Assembly: GCA_964491125.1 (NCBI GenBank)
Contig: CAZBFJ010000002.1
Span: 1 to 62,029 of the forward strand
From: an uncultured Myxococcales bacterium
GTDB taxonomy: Bacteria; Myxococcota_A; Polyangia; Fen-1088
Length of the DNA stretch: 62,029 nucleotides
Direction of reading: 5' to 3'
Made by a program: the position numbers and the translations under genes. The notes beneath the pieces were generated by a model. It had not been told where the DNA came from and did not search any database. It saw only the letters and a program-made list of their open reading frames with translations. Position 1 is the stretch's first letter. Each line of letters opens with the position of its first letter. Below are positions 47,567-59,520 of this stretch, one piece after another.

Positions 47567-49357
47567 ATGGCTCCGAGGCGCGATGCGAAGACGGCGCACG
47601 GGATTGGCGCGGCTACCTTCGTGGCCTTCCTGGCCTCGTTCTTCATCCTGCTCAACTGGCATTTCCCGGCCGTCGGCCACGACTATGGCTTCGTCCTGGC
47701 CGGGCTCCTCGAAGGGTCCTGGCACTTCCACCATCAGGGGCTCTCGATTCCGCGCTACGCGCTTCACCTGTGCGGCGGCAGCGTGCTCTACGGTCATCCG
47801 CTCGACCAGTTCTACTCGCCCACCCAGGCGCTCGCGCTCGTCATGGATCCGTGGATCGCCATCAACTTCACCCTCGGTCTCGCGCTGGTCGTCGGCTACC
47901 TCGGCTGGTACCGAGCCGGCAGCACGATCCTCGGGCTGGCGAAGGAATGGGCACACGTCCTCGCGCTGGTCATGGCGGCGCACGGATTCTACTTCGTGCA
48001 CGTGTTCGCCGGGCACTTCACGTATCACGCGTTCTCGTTGGTCGGCTGGTTCTTCCTGTTGCTGTTCCAGCGAAGCCAGGCGACCGGGTGGCTCCGCGTC
48101 AGGGAGACGGCGGCGTTCGCCCTCCTGTGTGGCTACGTCTTCTATTCGGGCAATTGGTTTGTCTTCTACCTGTGCGCCATCGCCTGGGCCCTGGCGCTGC
48201 CGCTCGACCTCTACCTGTCGCGACAGCCGCGTCGCCGATTGGCGGAGCTCGCGCGCCGTCTCGCGCTCTTCGGGCTCGCTGCCCTGGCCGTCATGGCCAG
48301 CAAGCTCGTGGCGATCGCCAGCTTCCTGCGCTTCTTTCCGCGGACCTTCGCACCGGACTACCAGGATCCCGAGCGCTCCACCCTGGCGTACATCGTCAAG
48401 GCTCTGTGGGCCATCCCGCAACCCAATGCGCGGTTCGAGGGAATTCCAGGGAACGTCCAGGAGAAGAGCTTCCTGCTCGGCCCGATCACGGCCGTCGGCG
48501 TCGTGCTCGGCTTCGTCCATCTCGCGCGGAGCGCCCGTCGGCGCCGGGGCTGGGAGCGGGCGGGGCTCGTCGGCTTCGCGGCGGTCTACGGCGGCGTCTC
48601 GCTGCTCGCGATGGTGCACCTGGTGCAGGGGTACGGCTGGCTCGCGGAGCTCGTGCATCGCTTGCCGGTGGCTTCCTCGCAACACGTGTCGACCCGCTAT
48701 CTCTACCCCTTCTCGTTGCTGCTCGCCGTGGCGGGCGTCTGGTCCGTGGCGCGGGCGATGCGCTCGCTCGATCGCCGCTGGAATCGGGTAGCCACCGTGC
48801 TCGCCGGTCTCACGACCGTGGCGGCGTTCGTGCTCGCCTACGCTCGCGTCCTGCCCGAGATCGAGCTGCTGACCAACGTCGAGCAACACCGAATGATGGT
48901 GAAGCGCTTCGATCCTTCGGTGCCCGTGACGACGGTGGTGGAGGAGACCGACTTCGTCGCTGGCACCCCACGCACGTGCTACGACCCGATTCTCAACTTC
49001 TCGGACAACCCGTTTCACGTGCTCCACAGAGGCTCGGTCTGGGATCGCAGCGACGGGTACTTCAACCTCATGAATCCGGCCTGCTATCAGTACCCGGAGG
49101 AGAACGGCTGCAACCCCGGCCAGCGCATCGCCGTGGACGACGCCGAGAATCTGTCGCGCTTCGTGAGCGGCCGGCCGGTCACCTGGAGGATCTCGACGGC
49201 CCAGCGAATCGCGGATGTCGTGAGCCTGCTCGCGGTGCTGGCGGTGCTCGCGCTTCTGGTGGCGTTTCGGTACGCGAGGCCCCGGGCGGGCTCGCGGGAA
49301 GACGCGAACGAAGCCTCAGCATCGGGTGGACGGGCGGCGGAATCTGGGGAACCATAG
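47567..49357 (+). CDS. Large polytopic membrane protein, GT-C-like putative glycosyltransferase
   Basis: 596 aa with more than 10 predicted TM helices, a soluble loop region near the C-terminus and a final TM. The family is not identified. Confidence 0.55.
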   Translation: MAPRRDAKTAHGIGAATFVAFLASFFILLNWHFPAVGHDYGFVLAGLLEGSWHFHHQGLSIPRYALHLCGGSVLYGHPLDQFYSPTQALALVMDPWIAINFTLGLALVVGYLGWYRAGSTILGLAKEWAHVLALVMAAHGFYFVHVFAGHFTYHAFSLVGWFFLLLFQRSQATGWLRVRETAAFALLCGYVFYSGNWFVFYLCAIAWALALPLDLYLSRQPRRRLAELARRLALFGLAALAVMASKLVAIASFLRFFPRTFAPDYQDPERSTLAYIVKALWAIPQPNARFEGIPGNVQEKSFLLGPITAVGVVLGFVHLARSARRRRGWERAGLVGFAAVYGGVSLLAMVHLVQGYGWLAELVHRLPVASSQHVSTRYLYPFSLLLAVAGVWSVARAMRSLDRRWNRVATVLAGLTTVAAFVLAYARVLPEIELLTNVEQHRMMVKRFDPSVPVTTVVEETDFVAGTPRTCYDPILNFSDNPFHVLHRGSVWDRSDGYFNLMNPACYQYPEENGCNPGQRIAVDDAENLSRFVSGRPVTWRISTAQRIADVVSLLAVLAVLALLVAFRYARPRAGSREDANEASASGGRAAESGEP

Positions 49358-49366
49358 CGCCTGAGG

Positions 49367-49999
49367 ATGGAGACCACGTCGGGCCTTGACGGCGACCAGC
49401 CGGCGACGTCGAACGTCGTGCGCGCGTCTTGGTGGGCGCGCGACCGGCTCTTGCGGCTGGTGGCCGGGGTGGTGGCGGCGGCGTGGCTTCTGGGTCTGCT
49501 GCTCTTGTGGCTGGGGCCACGCTCGCTGGCGGCGATGGGGTGCGTGGGCCCGCTGTCGGGTGCCACGCTCGAGCACCTGGGTCGCTGCGACCGGGGTGTC
49601 CGGGTGAGCGCCAGCACCCAGGACCTCGCCATCGGCCAGCATGCATTGTGGGCCGTCGATGGACGGGTGGGCGGCCGACTCGAAAAATGGACGAGTCGCG
49701 GGGGAGACCCGAGGCCGTGGCTGCTTCTCGAATGGGCCCACCCTGTGCGTGTGGGGCGCGTCGTCATCCACCACGGAGGCGAGCGCGAGGGCCCCGAGCA
49801 TACCGTTCGCGACTTCACCCTGTCGGCGCGTCTGCCGGACGGCTGGAAGCTGCTCGCGGAGATCAGGGGCAACGAAGCCCCGGTCTCGGTCGTCGGGTTC
49901 AGCGCGGTTTCCACCACCGCGCTCAAGCTGCAGGTGCTCAAAGGCGACGACGCCACGTCGTGCGCGCGGGTCTACGAGGTCGAGGTCCATGAGCACTGA
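49367..49999 (+). CDS. Membrane-anchored F5/8 type C (discoidin)-like domain protein
   Basis: An N-terminal TM is followed by AVDG...KWTS....PWLLLEW..PVRVGRVVI....DFTLSARLPDGW....ALKLQV....ARVYEVEV. Confidence 0.55.
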   Translation: METTSGLDGDQPATSNVVRASWWARDRLLRLVAGVVAAAWLLGLLLLWLGPRSLAAMGCVGPLSGATLEHLGRCDRGVRVSASTQDLAIGQHALWAVDGRVGGRLEKWTSRGGDPRPWLLLEWAHPVRVGRVVIHHGGEREGPEHTVRDFTLSARLPDGWKLLAEIRGNEAPVSVVGFSAVSTTALKLQVLKGDDATSCARVYEVEVHEH

Positions 50000-51413
50000 A
50001 GGCCCGCGCGCCCTGCCGCTGCCTTGGCTCTTGCTCCTGCTGGCGCTCCTCGCCCGGCTCTTCGCCTGGGGGCAGTGGTGCGGCGGAATGGTCTGGCCGG
50101 ACGAGATCTTCCAGTCCGTGGAGCCCGCGCACCACCTCGCCTTTGGCCTCGGGGCGCTGGCCTGGGAGTGGGACGCGGGCGCGCGGAGCTGGCTGCCTCC
50201 GCTCTTCTTTGCGGTGCCCTTTCGCCTGCAGGCGGCCCTCGGCCTGGACGGAGCGGGGCAGTTGCTGTGGGGGGCTCGTCTTCTCAGCCTGCTGGTCTCG
50301 CTGATGATGGTGTGGGGGGCATGGCGCATCGGCCAGCGCGAGGGTGGCAAGCTCGGCGCCTGGCTGGCGGGTGTCGCCGCGGCGCTCTCTCCTCCCTTGC
50401 TGTTCTACGCGCCGCGGACCCTCAACGACGGGCCAGCCGCCGCGCTCGTGGTCTGGGGGCTGGTCCTCGCGGGCGAGACGGAAAAGAGCGCACGGCACGA
50501 GCGCGCCGCCCTGTTGGCGGGCCTGCTCGCCGGGCTCGCCTACATCTTCCGCTACACGTCGGTGATCTTCTTCCTCGTCCCGGGGGGCTACCTGCTGCTC
50601 AGTCGCCGGTTCCGCGATGCCCGCGCCATGCTCCTGGGTTTTGGGACGGTGGCGGTCGCTGGCGGCCTCGTGGACTGGCTCACGTGGGGGAAGCCCTTCC
50701 AGTCGATCTGGGTCAACTTGAAGTTCAACCTCATCGACGGCCTCGGCGCCCAGCTCTTCGGCGCGGCTCCCTTCGGGTACTATGCCGGCATCCTGCACCG
50801 GGATCTTGGCGTGCTGGCCTTGGTCGCGGTGGTCGTGGCCGTGGTGGGTGGCCGGGCGCTCCCGGCGCTCGCGCTTTCGGTAGCCGTGGCGCTCATCTTG
50901 ATGTCGCTCACCCAGCACAAGGAAGAGCGCTTCCTGCTGCCGATCTGGGCGCTCATGCCGCCGTTGCTGGCACTCGGTTGCGAGCGCCTCTCTCGCCGAC
51001 TCCCGCGGGGGCGGGGGCCGGCCGCGGTGGCCGGCCTGGCCCTGCTGCTTGCGAGTCAGGCCTGGGCGCTCGGCAAGTCGAGCTGGTCGCCCCAGAGCAA
51101 GGACCTGTTCGAGGCGATGGACTTCATCGCCCGTCAGAACGACGTCCGAGGGATTGCTGCCCATCACATGTGGACCACGACCAGCGGGTTCGTCGGGCTC
51201 CACGACAAGAACGTCCCCCTCGTCGCCAACGAGAGTCTGTTCGAGCTCGAGGGCGGGGGGGACCTCGTTCGCCACGAGCTCATCAACTACATCATCGCGG
51301 ACAGCGCGGCCCAGCCGGGCCTGCGCGCCATCATTCCGGATGCCTCGCTCCTGGCGATCGCGAGGTTTGGTGACGTCGTCGTCTGGCGGAAGGCGCCTCT
51401 CACGCCGCCGTGA
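49989..51413 (+). CDS. GT22-like (ALG9/PIG-B-type) membrane mannosyltransferase
   Basis: The N-terminal loop motif WPDEIFQSVEPAHHLAFG resembles the HPDEHFQ motif of the GT22 family. The protein is polytopic, and its start overlaps the previous gene by 11 nt. Confidence 0.65.
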   Translation: MSTEGPRALPLPWLLLLLALLARLFAWGQWCGGMVWPDEIFQSVEPAHHLAFGLGALAWEWDAGARSWLPPLFFAVPFRLQAALGLDGAGQLLWGARLLSLLVSLMMVWGAWRIGQREGGKLGAWLAGVAAALSPPLLFYAPRTLNDGPAAALVVWGLVLAGETEKSARHERAALLAGLLAGLAYIFRYTSVIFFLVPGGYLLLSRRFRDARAMLLGFGTVAVAGGLVDWLTWGKPFQSIWVNLKFNLIDGLGAQLFGAAPFGYYAGILHRDLGVLALVAVVVAVVGGRALPALALSVAVALILMSLTQHKEERFLLPIWALMPPLLALGCERLSRRLPRGRGPAAVAGLALLLASQAWALGKSSWSPQSKDLFEAMDFIARQNDVRGIAAHHMWTTTSGFVGLHDKNVPLVANESLFELEGGGDLVRHELINYIIADSAAQPGLRAIIPDASLLAIARFGDVVVWRKAPLTPP

Positions 51414-51443
51414 TCCCGTGGGCGTTGGACGGCGGGCACTCTC

Positions 51444-52556
51444 TCACAGCTGTGTCTTGAGGGCACGGCGGGCGCGGCGGCGCTCGATGGCGAGGTCGAT
51501 GAGCCGGCTCACCAGTTGCTTGACGGGCATGCCCGACGCTTCCCACATCTTGGGGTACATCGAGATGGCGGTGAAGCCGGGGATGGTGTTGACCTCGTTG
51601 ACGAAGAGCTCGTCGCGGAGACGGTCGAGAAAGAAGTCGACCCGGGCCATGCCGGCCAGCTCCAGGGCGCGGAAGGTGTCGATGGCGAGCGCCTGCACCC
51701 GGAGCGCGGTGTCGGGTGCCAGCTCCGCGGGGATCTTCGCGTCGGCGCCGCTCGCGTCCACGTACTTGGCATCGTAGGAGTAGAAGCCATCCTTGTGGTG
51801 CACCACGATCTCCGCCGGCGCGGAGGCCATGGGCTCGTCGTTGCCGAGCACCGCGCATTCGATCTCGCGCGCGTGCACGGCCTCCTCGACCAGCACCTTG
51901 GTGTCGAAAGCGAAAGCGGACAGCAGCGCGGGCTCGAGCTCGGCGGTGCTGCTCGCCTTGCTGACCCCGACCGAGGAGCCGGCGTTGGCGGGCTTGACGA
52001 AGACCGGGAACCCGAGCTCGGCGGCCTGCGCGACGCAGCGGCCGGCGTCCTTCTTCATGGCGTGCGCGGTGATCAGGCGCCACGGCACGACGGGGATGCC
52101 GGCCTGCGCGAGCAGGCGCTTGGCGATGTCCTTGTCCATGCCGATGGCCGACCCGAGGTGGCCCGGACCCACGTAGGCCACGTCGGCCAGCTCGAGGAGG
52201 CCCTGCACCGTGCCGTCCTCGCCGTAGGTTCCGTGCAAGACGGGAAAGACCACGTCGTCCGCCGTCAAGATGGGACGGCCGTCGTCCCGTTTCGCCACCG
52301 ACGGGGTGTCCGGGTGCACCGGGACGGCGAGGGCCTGGCCGGACGCCGCCAGCTTGAGCAGACGAGGGTCCCCGGTGGCGCCGAGGAGCGTCTGCTCCGG
52401 CTCGATGCGCCAGCGCCCGCGCTTGTCGATGCCGACCAGCACGGGCTCGAAGCGCTCGCGGTCGAGAGCCAGAAAGACGTTGCGGGCGGAGAGCAGGGAC
52501 ACCTCGTGCTCGGCCGAGCGGCCGCCGAAGAGGACGATGACGCGGGTCTTTTTCAC
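51444..52556 (-). CDS. ddl: D-alanine--D-alanine ligase
   Basis: KKTRVIVLFGGRSAEHEVSLLSA at the N-terminus and an ATP-grasp core. GTG start at 52556 with GAAGGAAG upstream. The longer track ORF is an N-terminal artefact. Confidence 0.93.
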   Translation of the reverse strand: MKKTRVIVLFGGRSAEHEVSLLSARNVFLALDRERFEPVLVGIDKRGRWRIEPEQTLLGATGDPRLLKLAASGQALAVPVHPDTPSVAKRDDGRPILTADDVVFPVLHGTYGEDGTVQGLLELADVAYVGPGHLGSAIGMDKDIAKRLLAQAGIPVVPWRLITAHAMKKDAGRCVAQAAELGFPVFVKPANAGSSVGVSKASSTAELEPALLSAFAFDTKVLVEEAVHAREIECAVLGNDEPMASAPAEIVVHHKDGFYSYDAKYVDASGADAKIPAELAPDTALRVQALAIDTFRALELAGMARVDFFLDRLRDELFVNEVNTIPGFTAISMYPKMWEASGMPVKQLVSRLIDLAIERRRARRALKTQL

Positions 52557-52582
52557 GTGGAGGCTTCCTTCGAGGACGGGGT

Positions 52583-54673
<2,091 letters not shown>

Positions 54674-54679
54674 TTCCTA

Positions 54680-56038
54680 TCACGCCCTCCCGGCCATGAG
54701 GCGCTTGACGACGGGCGAGAGCGCGAGCAAGCCGAGGCCGGCGGTGAACGTCGATACCACGAACATCAGGAAGAAGTCGGCCTGGCCGCCGAGCACCCGG
54801 AAGAAGTGCCCCTGCTCGACCTTCTCGACGGTCCCGGCCAGGAGACCGGCCGAGAGGTCGGCGACGAACATGGCGAGGAACCAGGCGCCCATCGCCAGCG
54901 AGGCGAAGCGCTTGGGCGCGAGCTTGGTGACCATGGACAGGCCGATGGGCGAGAGGCACAGCTCGCCGCAGGTGTGGAGCACGTAGGTCACGATGAGCCA
55001 CAGCGGGCTCACCCGGATACCTCCGTCGGAGAGGCGCGCCCCCACCACGAGCACGATGAAGCCCGACCCGAGGAGGAACAAGCCGAGCGCGAAGCGCACC
55101 GGGGTGCTCGGCGCCCAGCCCCGGGTCTCGAGCCGCGTCCACATCCACGCGAACACCGGCGCGAGCGTGATGACCGCGATCGGATTGACGGACTGGAAGT
55201 AGGGCGCGAGAAACACGATGCCGAGGAAGTCGCGGCGGGTGCGCTCCTCCGCGAAGAAGGTCATGGACGAGCCGGCCTGTTCGAAGGCCATCCAGAAGAA
55301 GATGTTGAAGAAGGCCAGGATGGCGATGGCGGCGAGGCCCTGCTTCTCGAGCGAGGTCAGCGGCTGCTTGATGGCGGGCTGGTCGGCCGCGAGGCGGCGG
55401 CTCGCCGGCAGGTCGCCGATCGAGCCGAGGAAGCGCCGCTTGAGGAGCAGGTAGACGATGAGGCCGAGCACCATGCCGAAGCCCGCGGCGGAGAACCCGA
55501 TGTGCCAGTTGTAGCGGTAGGCGAGCTTCGGGCAGACGATCTGGCCGATGGCCGCGCCGAGATTGATGCCCATGTAGAAAATCGTGAAGGCGGCGTCCCG
55601 GCGCCGGTCGCCCTCGCTGTAGAGCTGGCCGACCATGGTCGAGATGTTCGACTTGAAGAAGCCGGTGCCGACGATGATGAGCCCGAGGCCCAGGAAGAAG
55701 GTCGACTGCGCCGGGATGGCCAGGCAGAAATGCCCCGAGGCGATGACGATGCCGCCGATGATGATCGACCGGTGCGTGCCGAGGAAGCGATCGGCGAGGT
55801 AGCCGCCGAGGAGTGGCGTCAGGTAGACGAGGCCCTGGTACCAGCCGTAGAGGTGGCTCGCCTGCTCCTTGCTCCAACCGAAGCCGCCGGTGGTGCTGAT
55901 GAGGAACAGGGTGAGGAAGGCCCGCATCCCGTAGTACGAGAAGCGCTCCCACATCTCGACGCCGAACAGCAGGAACAAGCCAGGCGGCTGCCGGGCCGGA
56001 TTGACCGAGGCTGGGGCGGTCGCGGGCTCGCGCTGCAT
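54680..56038 (-). CDS. Proton-dependent oligopeptide transporter (POT/PTR2 family)
   Basis: FGVEMWERFSYYGMRAFLTLFL and GGYLADRFLG are the PTR2 signatures. Confidence 0.9.
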   Translation of the reverse strand: MQREPATAPASVNPARQPPGLFLLFGVEMWERFSYYGMRAFLTLFLISTTGGFGWSKEQASHLYGWYQGLVYLTPLLGGYLADRFLGTHRSIIIGGIVIASGHFCLAIPAQSTFFLGLGLIIVGTGFFKSNISTMVGQLYSEGDRRRDAAFTIFYMGINLGAAIGQIVCPKLAYRYNWHIGFSAAGFGMVLGLIVYLLLKRRFLGSIGDLPASRRLAADQPAIKQPLTSLEKQGLAAIAILAFFNIFFWMAFEQAGSSMTFFAEERTRRDFLGIVFLAPYFQSVNPIAVITLAPVFAWMWTRLETRGWAPSTPVRFALGLFLLGSGFIVLVVGARLSDGGIRVSPLWLIVTYVLHTCGELCLSPIGLSMVTKLAPKRFASLAMGAWFLAMFVADLSAGLLAGTVEKVEQGHFFRVLGGQADFFLMFVVSTFTAGLGLLALSPVVKRLMAGRA

Positions 56039-56137
56039 CCCCGCGACGATTCAACGCCGAAGGGCGTTTTGCAATGCGCTTTTTCGTCCCCGCCACCCGC
56101 CCCCGCAGAAGCCGAGCGCCGCTCTGCTGCAACCAAT

Positions 56138-56297
56138 CTAAGGCACCCCGAAGAGCGCGCGGGAGAAGAGGCCCGTGCCGAGGCTCGCCGCGTTCGCCAG
56201 GAGCGCCCACGCCCAGGCGCGGCGACGGCGAAACAGCACGGCGAAGTAGGCGCTCTCCACGGCGACCGCGAAGATCTCGGCCACCACCGTGAGCCAC
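56138..56297. repeat. 160-bp direct repeat, copy A (partner 61568-61727)
   Basis: Base-by-base comparison gives 159/160 identity in the same orientation. The single C/T difference is at 56147/61577. Confidence 0.95.
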
Positions 56298-56347
56298 GCT
56301 CGTTTGGCCCCAAGGGCAAAAGTGATGATGGCTGCGCCGTCGGTCAT
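56138..56347 (-). pseudogene. Displaced 3' fragment of the small membrane-protein gene (copy of 61568-61727) fused to unrelated 5' sequence
   Basis: The last 52 codons plus stop match the intact gene at 61568-61897 at 159/160 nt. The first 17 codons (MTDGAAIITFALGAKRA) are unrelated. No RBS is visible. Confidence 0.6.
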
Positions 56348-56468
56348 GGCTCGTACGAGCTATGAACCGGGACACGAGCTCCGCGTCTAGTGATTTTGTG
56401 ACGCCGCGGCCCGGGGCGCGTCTCCCTGCGCGAGCGCGACCTGGCCCGCGATGAGGTGCGGCCACGGC

Positions 56469-56557
56469 AGGTCAGTTCAGCAAGTCCCCATCCTCACCAG
56501 CAGAGTGCGTGGGCGGAGGGCGCGCCGGGCGTGCGGGACGGAGCTTGGGCGGCTCGG
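56469..56557. repeat. 89-bp direct repeat, copy A (partner 61479-61567)
   Basis: 88/89 identity in the same orientation (T/C difference at 56506/61516). Confidence 0.95.
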
Positions 56558-56586
56558 TGGGCAGGCCCATGGCCGACAGAATTCTC

Positions 56587-56677
56587 TTGCCCAGCCCCGG
56601 TCAGCCTCCCCCTGGTTCCCTCCCATCCTCCCATCCTCCCTGTTCATCCCGTCACGCAAGGCGCGCGCTCACCGCGT
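56587..56677 (-). repeat. Purine-rich E element, copy 1 (purine strand is minus)
   Basis: The minus strand reads TGACGGGATGAACAGGGAGGATGGGAGGATGGGAGGG...GAGGCTGACCGGGGCTGGGCAA. It is co-linear with copy 4, including a 7-codon dehydrogenase gene tail. Confidence 0.85.
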
Positions 56678-56727
56678 TCAGGCCGGCGCTATTGCGGCAG
56701 CTCTGGTTCTCGGGCAACGTGGCCGCC

Positions 56728-58269
56728 ATGGGGCGATGCAAGGACGGCTCCCCGTCTTCCGGTCTCGACCGCCGTGCGTTTCTCGGCCTGACGGCAACGG
56801 GGGCCGCGGGCCTGGCGCTGCCGGGGTGCGGTGGGCTGGGACCGGCCGCGCCGGCCGCGCCACCCAATGTTCTCTTCGTGCTTCCCGACCAGCTGCGCGC
56901 GAACGTGTGCGGCGTCTACGGCGGACGGAACATCACCACGCCGAACATCGACCGCCTGGCGACGGAGGGCGTGGTGTTCACCAATTCGGTGTCGACCACT
57001 CCGCTATGTACGCCCTACCGCGGGATGCTGCAGACTGGGCGCTACCCCACCCATTCCGGGATCATCATCAACTTCGTCGAGGCCAGTCCGGCGCAGAACC
57101 CCCACTGCCTGGCGGACGTGTTCGGTGCCGCCGGCTACGCGACGGGATACATCGGCAAGTGGCATCTGGCCGCCGGCGTGAACAAGGACGCCCGCTTCGG
57201 CGGCGGCCACGCGCGTTGTACCGAGCCCGTCGATCCCGAGTACGACTTCGTCGCTCCCGGGCCGCGACGACTGGGCTACCAGCACTGGCAGGCCTACAAC
57301 TTCCACTACAAGTACCACGACTACTGGTACTACGAGGACGAGCCGGAGAAGCGCTACTCCGATCGGTACGAAACCGATACCGAGACCGACCAGGCCATGG
57401 CCTTCATGGAGCGGTGCCGGCAGTCCGGGCGTCCGTTCTTCGTGACCGTCGCTCCGCACCCTCCGCATCCACCCTTCGCCCCCGCGTACGCCCCGGCGGG
57501 CTATCTGGAACGCACGCCGCCGACGCCATGGTGGCCGCCCAACGTTCCCGCCGACTATCCCCGCACCGACGAAGAGCTGCGCTGCTACCTGGCCATGATC
57601 CAGAACGTGGACGACAACCTCGGCCGGCTGCTCGACTATCTGGACGCGTCGGGCTTGGCCAGAAACACCATCGTGGTCTTCACGTCCGATCATGGCGAGA
57701 TGCTCGGCAGCCAGGGACGCATCCAGAAGATGGTGCCCTACGCCGAGTCCATCGACGTTCCGCTGGTCATGCGCTGGCCCAGGCGAATCACGCCGGGCGC
57801 CCGGGTCGACGCCCTGCAGACCCCCATCGACCACTTCCCCACGCTGTGCGGACTGGCGGGCTTGCCGGTTCCGAGCGAGGTCGACGGCGTGGACCTGAGC
57901 GACATCGTGACCGGCCGGCATCCTGGCGAGCGCGAGGAAGTACTGCTCGCACACTACAGCTCCGGCGAGCTGTCGTTCGCGACCGGCACCACCTGGCCCG
58001 AGTGGCGCGGCGTCCGGACCAAGCAGCACACCTACGTGCGTTGGCTCACCGGAGCGGAGGAGCTCTACGACAACCTGGCGGATCCGTACCAGATGACGAA
58101 CCTGGCCGGAAATGGCGCCGAGCCGGAAACGCTGCTGCGCCTGCGCGGCCGCCTCGCGGATTTGCTCTCGGCCGCGCACGACGACTTCCGGCCGGGCACG
58201 GATTACAGCGACTGGTACGACGATTGTCGCAACCTGCTCCGCACCGCGCTCGGGCCGGTGCCCGGTTGA
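56728..58269 (+). CDS. Cys-type sulfatase, Tat-signal lipoprotein
   Basis: Twin-arginine signal DRRAFLGL with lipobox LPGC. Sulfatase N-terminus VLFVLPDQLRA and the FGly motif LCTPYRG (CxPxR). Confidence 0.9.
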   Translation: MGRCKDGSPSSGLDRRAFLGLTATGAAGLALPGCGGLGPAAPAAPPNVLFVLPDQLRANVCGVYGGRNITTPNIDRLATEGVVFTNSVSTTPLCTPYRGMLQTGRYPTHSGIIINFVEASPAQNPHCLADVFGAAGYATGYIGKWHLAAGVNKDARFGGGHARCTEPVDPEYDFVAPGPRRLGYQHWQAYNFHYKYHDYWYYEDEPEKRYSDRYETDTETDQAMAFMERCRQSGRPFFVTVAPHPPHPPFAPAYAPAGYLERTPPTPWWPPNVPADYPRTDEELRCYLAMIQNVDDNLGRLLDYLDASGLARNTIVVFTSDHGEMLGSQGRIQKMVPYAESIDVPLVMRWPRRITPGARVDALQTPIDHFPTLCGLAGLPVPSEVDGVDLSDIVTGRHPGEREEVLLAHYSSGELSFATGTTWPEWRGVRTKQHTYVRWLTGAEELYDNLADPYQMTNLAGNGAEPETLLRLRGRLADLLSAAHDDFRPGTDYSDWYDDCRNLLRTALGPVPG

Positions 58270-58286
58270 CGGGCCGGAGGCGCCAG

Positions 58287-58341
58287 CCCTTTCAAGGTGT
58301 CGAAGGCCACGAGGGATGGAAGAACAGGGAGAAACGGAGGG
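58287..58341 (+). repeat. Purine-rich E element, copy 2 (purine strand is plus)
   Basis: CCCTTTCAAGG...GGATGGAAGAACAGGGAGAAACGGAGGG lies immediately 5' of GTGCGAC. It is inverted relative to copy 3. Confidence 0.7.
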
Positions 58342-59520
58342 TGCGACCAGGCAAGAAGTGCCCACCGAGGCGGGTCGCGCAGCAAGGGACGACCGGAGCG
58401 GCGACCGAAGAAGGCGAGACGTCGGAGGGCCGAATAGTAGCGGTGACGACGGGGAACGACCGGCAATCGGACCCGGCTGAGCGAAGGCGGCCCGTGTCGA
58501 GATGAGCCTCAGGAGGGAACCATGGGCAACGCGAAGACGTTGCAGGACGTGTTACCGAAACTAATGAGGGTAGCGGAGAGAGCGAAACGGGAACCCGAAG
58601 CCCGGATACTCTCGCTCGCGCACCTGGTGGACGTGGACCTGATGAAGGAGGCGTACCGGCGCATCCGCAAGGGAGCGGCGGTGGGCGTCGACGGCGTGAC
58701 CAAGGAGCAGTACGGGAGGCAGCTCGAGGACAACCTCCGGCGGCTGCACACGCGGATGCGGGAGGGGCGATACCGCCACCAGCCGATCCGTCGGGTGCAT
58801 ATCCCGAAGGCACCCGGGAAGACGCGGCCGATCGGGATCTCGACCATCGAGGACAAAGTCGTGCAGAACGCGCTGACGATGGTGCTGGAGATACTGTACG
58901 AGCCGGTCTTCCTGGACTGCTCGTACGGCTTCCGGCCCGGGAGGAGCGCGCACGATGCGCTGCGGACCGTGAACGCGGCGTGCATGCGGGGCGAGGTGAG
59001 CTGGGTGCTGGAGGCGGACATCGAGTCCTTCTTCGACAGCATCGACCGCAAGAAGCTGATGGAGAAGCTCCGGCAGCGGGTGAACGACGAGGACTTCGCA
59101 CGCCTCGTCGGCAAGTGCCTCCACGTGGGAGTGCTCGACGGCGCGGAATACACCGAGCCGGACGTGGGAACGGCACAAGGGTCGGCGCTGTCGCCGATGC
59201 TCGGCAACATCTACCTGCACCACGTGCTCGACGTGTGGCTCGACCGACAGGTGCGGCCGCAGCTACGAGGCAAAACCTGCCTCGTGCGTTACGCGGACGA
59301 CCTGGTCATCGGCTTCGAACGACGCGAAGACGCCGAGATGGTGATGGCGATGTTGCACGCGCGGATGGCAGCGTGCGGTCTGCGTCTGCACCCGGAGAAG
59401 ACCCGGCTCGTGCCCTTCGACCGGCCGGCACCACGGCAGGACGGAGGCAAGGGACCGGGGACCTTCGACTTTCTGGGCTTCACGCTGTTGTGGCGGAAGA
59501 CCCGGAACGGACCCTGGGCT
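58341..59520 (+). mobile_element. Group II intron remnant (5' GUGCG end, shortened 5' RNA part, RT ORF lacking the thumb/X domain and domains V-VI)
   Basis: GTGCGAC at 58341 matches the group II 5' consensus GUGYG. Only ~180 nt precede the RT ATG. RT homology ends near 59520. Confidence 0.6.

Noticed and set aside
56451-58505. 684-aa ORF overlapping the sulfatase region in another frame, and the N-terminal extension of the sulfatase ORF back to 56509.
   Set aside because: The sulfatase motifs lie in the 56509 frame, and its sensible start is the Tat-signal Met at 56728. The upstream extension is translated repeat DNA (the 89-bp repeat and E1).
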